DNA of 64,000 nucleotides from a bacterium (GTDB lineage Bacteria; Cyanobacteriota; Vampirovibrionia; Gastranaerophilales; JBAXKC01): NCBI GenBank assembly GCA_037137535.1, contig JBAXKC010000003.1, positions 1 to 64,000 of the forward strand, read 5' to 3'. Shown piece by piece: positions 62,839 to 64,000 of this stretch (position 1 is its first letter; each line of letters starts with the position of its first letter). The notes under the pieces were generated by a model. It saw only the letters and a program-made list of their open reading frames with translations, ran no database searches and was not told where the DNA came from. The position numbers and the translations under genes were made by a program.

Positions 62839-63108
62839 ATGGAACAGCTTCAATTTTTAGCATTATTACAAAAAACTTTACTTTTAATACTCCAGTTATC
62901 AGCACCGGTCTTGATAGTGAGTCTTGTTGTGGGCTTTGCTATCAGTATTTTTCAGTCTGTAACCCAAATTCAAGAAGCAACTTTAACCTTTGTTCCTAAA
63001 ATTCTTGCCGGGATTTTTACAATTATAGTTCTTGCTCCATGGATGCTTCAAGTCTTTATCGCAAGCACTCATGAGTTTTTTGATCAGATAACAAATGTAT
63101 TGAGATAA
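62839..63108 (+). CDS. fliQ: Flagellar export protein FliQ
   Basis: ISIFQSVTQIQEATLTFVPK. Confidence 0.97.
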   Translation: MEQLQFLALLQKTLLLILQLSAPVLIVSLVVGFAISIFQSVTQIQEATLTFVPKILAGIFTIIVLAPWMLQVFIASTHEFFDQITNVLR

Positions 63109-63109
63109 T

Positions 63110-63895
63110 ATGGCTGATTATAATAACTTTTTTTCAATACCCAGCATGATTTTGTTTTTGCTTGTAATATCAAGATTATCGGGAATGATGGCAACTGCCC
63201 CATTCTTTTCGACTTTTCCTGCTCCTATGCAGACTAAAATAGGTCTGGTTGCAATGATAGCTTTCATTATGCACCCGTTTGTTTTTCAGCATAGTAATTT
63301 TATGCTGCCAAAAGATATGTATTCTATGTCTATTTTGATGTTTAAAGAAATTTTTGTCGGTGTTCTTATTGGTTTTTGCGCAAATCTGATATTTGTAGGC
63401 ATTCAAACAGGAGGGCAGCTTTTGAGTATGCAGATGGGATTGACTTTTGCAAATACTATTGACCCTATGACAAGGCAGAATGTACCTGTTGTCGGACAAT
63501 TTTATCTTTATATCGCAGGATTATTATTTGTAACTTTAGGTTGTGATAAATGGCTTTTTACAAGTATTTATGACAGTTATAAAGTTATTCCCGTTGGTTT
63601 GGATTTAAGTTTTGTCCCTAAAATAGTTCCTAGCGTTTTATATTATACCAGTCAGATATTTGTTATTTCTTTCGGGCTTGTTATGCCTATATTTGCTATG
63701 TTATTGCTTGTAGATATGGCTTTAGCATTTATGTCAAAATTAATGCCTCAAATGAACATTTTTATGGTGGCAATGCCTTTAAAAATATGGATAGGTTTGA
63801 TTTTAATGAGTTTATTTATGGCAAATACTTCAATATACATCGGTAATTTAATGCAAAACTGGCTGCAAAGCCTTGGAAATATATTTTTAAGGTAA
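63110..63895 (+). CDS. fliR: Flagellar export protein FliR
   Basis: APFF, QMGL, PQMNIF...P.K. Confidence 0.95.
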   Translation: MADYNNFFSIPSMILFLLVISRLSGMMATAPFFSTFPAPMQTKIGLVAMIAFIMHPFVFQHSNFMLPKDMYSMSILMFKEIFVGVLIGFCANLIFVGIQTGGQLLSMQMGLTFANTIDPMTRQNVPVVGQFYLYIAGLLFVTLGCDKWLFTSIYDSYKVIPVGLDLSFVPKIVPSVLYYTSQIFVISFGLVMPIFAMLLLVDMALAFMSKLMPQMNIFMVAMPLKIWIGLILMSLFMANTSIYIGNLMQNWLQSLGNIFLR

Positions 63896-63904
63896 GGAGA
63901 TCAG

Positions 63905-64000
63905 ATGTCGGACGAACGGACAGAAGCGGCCACGCCCAAGCGGGCAGGGCAGGCAAGATCAAAAGGACAAATACCTAAAAGCTCTGACTTTAACTCGGCT
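63905..64000 (+). CDS. flhB: Flagellar export protein FlhB (N-terminus, truncated by window)
   Basis: MSDERTEAATPKR...ARSKGQIPKS after AAGGAG; follows fliR. Confidence 0.93.
   Translation, partial: MSDERTEAATPKRAGQARSKGQIPKSSDFNSA

Overview
AT-rich bacterial chromosomal segment, mostly housekeeping genes with interspersed lineage-specific ORFs. The cyanobacterial-type L34 start (MKRTLEGT), short SecD/SecF, insert-bearing YidC and Mini-III, together with flagellar export genes (fliP-fliQ-fliR-flhB), suggest a non-photosynthetic Cyanobacteriota relative (Melainabacteria/Vampirovibrionia, Gastranaerophilales-like); this is inference. Core content: rplS-rbgA-rnhB, proC, rpmH-rnpA-yidD-yidC-mnmE, a lone dnaA, secD-secF, gyrB, tRNA-Leu(CAA)+tmRNA, leuA, phoB-phoR, msrA, arsR plus a CoA-disulfide reductase/rhodanese/TusA/DsrE fusion, dut-ispG, gltX-cysS-mrnC, rpsO, queC-DUF366, rsmA-ispE, gshA. 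I saw no CRISPR array, integrase or transposase. Best leads: (1) orphan enzyme domains (methyltransferase, kinase-like, amidase) behind disordered N-terminal leaders ending in a hydrophobic-x-F-[G/T] motif, two sharing an upstream DNA motif, a possible non-Sec export/effector system; (2) a sigma28-type promoter driving an unknown gene followed by a structured GGA-rich RNA; (3) several unannotated structured intergenic elements; (4) a MarR-GNAT triplication with its operator; (5) an unannotated 46-aa membrane protein.
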